Positions 45,273 through 45,930 of a stretch of 45,930 nucleotides of DNA are shown in pieces. Both the position numbers and the translations under genes were made by a program. The DNA lies in IMG/VR virus record IMGVR_UViG_3300017766_002452, positions 1 through 45,930 of that record. One strand, 5' to 3'. The notes under the pieces are model-generated. The model had not been told where the DNA came from and ran no database searches. It was given only the letters and a program-made list of their open reading frames with translations. The stretch is from a virus (taxonomy: Duplodnaviria; Caudoviricetes). Position 1 is the stretch's first letter; each line of letters opens with the position of its first letter.

Positions 45273-45553
45273 CAGGGTTGGCTCTGGCCGGTGGCCACGG
45301 GAGACGCAGCCACCGGCCCGCCACCTGCCGATGTCGGATCAGGCGAAGCGGCGCGAGTGGTGCCGTCTATCTCATAGGTCACTACCCGGCGCAAGCCGAG
45401 GGGACGCAGGATCGCCGCAGACGGCTCCTTGCCGCACTCCAGCACATCCCGGACCCATGTGAGCGATGTGCCGATCCTCTTGGCCCATGCCTTCATACTG
45501 CCGTGGTGAGCTATCTGCTCACGCATCAAGTCGCGAACGCCGTCGGCATCCAT
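45272..45553 (-). CDS. Cro/XRE-like HTH regulator
   Basis: GS.KAWAKRIG.S..WV.DVL..G.EP...IL..LGL; AGGAG SD; first gene of the leftward operon. Confidence 0.75.
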   Translation of the reverse strand: MDADGVRDLMREQIAHHGSMKAWAKRIGTSLTWVRDVLECGKEPSAAILRPLGLRRVVTYEIDGTTRAASPDPTSAGGGPVAASPVATGQSQP

Positions 45554-45580
45554 GCTGTGTCTCCTGTTGATCGAGCCGCA

Positions 45581-45609
45581 CAACTGCACCCGCTACGGCG
45601 ATAAGTCAA
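45581..45609 (-). promoter_or_regulatory. leftward promoter of the divergent early region
   Basis: TTGACT-17-CAGTTG, back-to-back with the rightward TTGACA. Confidence 0.55.
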
Positions 45610-45624
45610 TCAGTGTTTTTGTTG

Positions 45625-45691
45625 TTGACACCCATTTCGCCCCATGCGACACCACGACATCGCCGGGGTCGGACCCGGCAGGGAGAGACAG
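45625..45691 (+). promoter_or_regulatory. promoter-hairpin-SD module, copy 4
   Basis: TTGACA-17-GACACC-8-GCCGGG GTCGGA CCCGGC-AGGGAG...ATG. Confidence 0.7.
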
Positions 45692-45916
45692 ATGACTGAC
45701 CGCCGCTTCACCGTTTTCGCCCGGCCCGCCGCTGACGGCCGCACCCCCGAGTTTGTCGTCATGCAGAGCAACGTCGTTTGCTCTCGGGCCGGGTTCACCA
45801 TGACCTTCAGCACCCACGAGGAGGCCCAGAAGGAGGCCGATCAGCGCGAGCGCAACACCCGCGACGCTACGTCCTTCGAGCGTGCGAACGCCGACAGTGA
45901 GGCGGCGAGAGCCTGA
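45692..45916 (+). CDS. hypothetical protein, first gene of the rightward operon
   Basis: GGAG SD; MTDRRFTVFAR...; TGATG-coupled to the ORF at 109. Confidence 0.7.
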   Translation: MTDRRFTVFARPAADGRTPEFVVMQSNVVCSRAGFTMTFSTHEEAQKEADQRERNTRDATSFERANADSEAARA

Positions 45917-45930
45917 TGGCCCTCGTCACC
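45808..45930. repeat. 123-bp direct terminal repeat, right copy
   Basis: Identical to 1-123. Confidence 0.95.

Noticed and set aside
1-45930. tRNA, rRNA genes and CRISPR arrays
   Set aside because: No cloverleaf or repeat-spacer periodicity seen; intergenic gaps are very short, and the rRNA-like match is only 19 nt.

Overview
This window is an apparently complete, circularly assembled ~45.8 kb high-GC dsDNA phage genome; bases 1-123 repeat exactly at 45808-45930. The virion module has BPP-1/epsilon15-like podovirus gene order on the minus strand: terS, accessory genes, terL, portal, scaffold, major capsid, cement, tail adaptor, a split tail nozzle, GNAT, three ejection proteins, lysis cassette, tailspike. 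Replication is lambdoid (DUF1376/YdaU initiator with an internal iteron-like origin, plus an exonuclease VIII/RecT pair). I found no integrase, polymerase, methyltransferase, tRNA or CRISPR array. The host is inferred to be an alphaproteobacterium, probably Caulobacterales. Main signals: (1) a four-copy sigma70 promoter + GTCGGAC 5'-hairpin + Shine-Dalgarno module with conserved spacing heading the accessory operons; (2) a 3150-aa polyvalent ejection protein with candidate peptidase, GNAT and ADP-ribosyltransferase-like domains; (3) a capsid-gene leader hairpin nearly identical to 23S rRNA helix 93, with a related hairpin before the tailspike; (4) no GANTC site found in a by-eye scan; (5) a lower-GC mosaic cassette region with GCGAAGC mini-hairpin repeats. 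All functional calls rest on motif recognition by eye; no searches were run.
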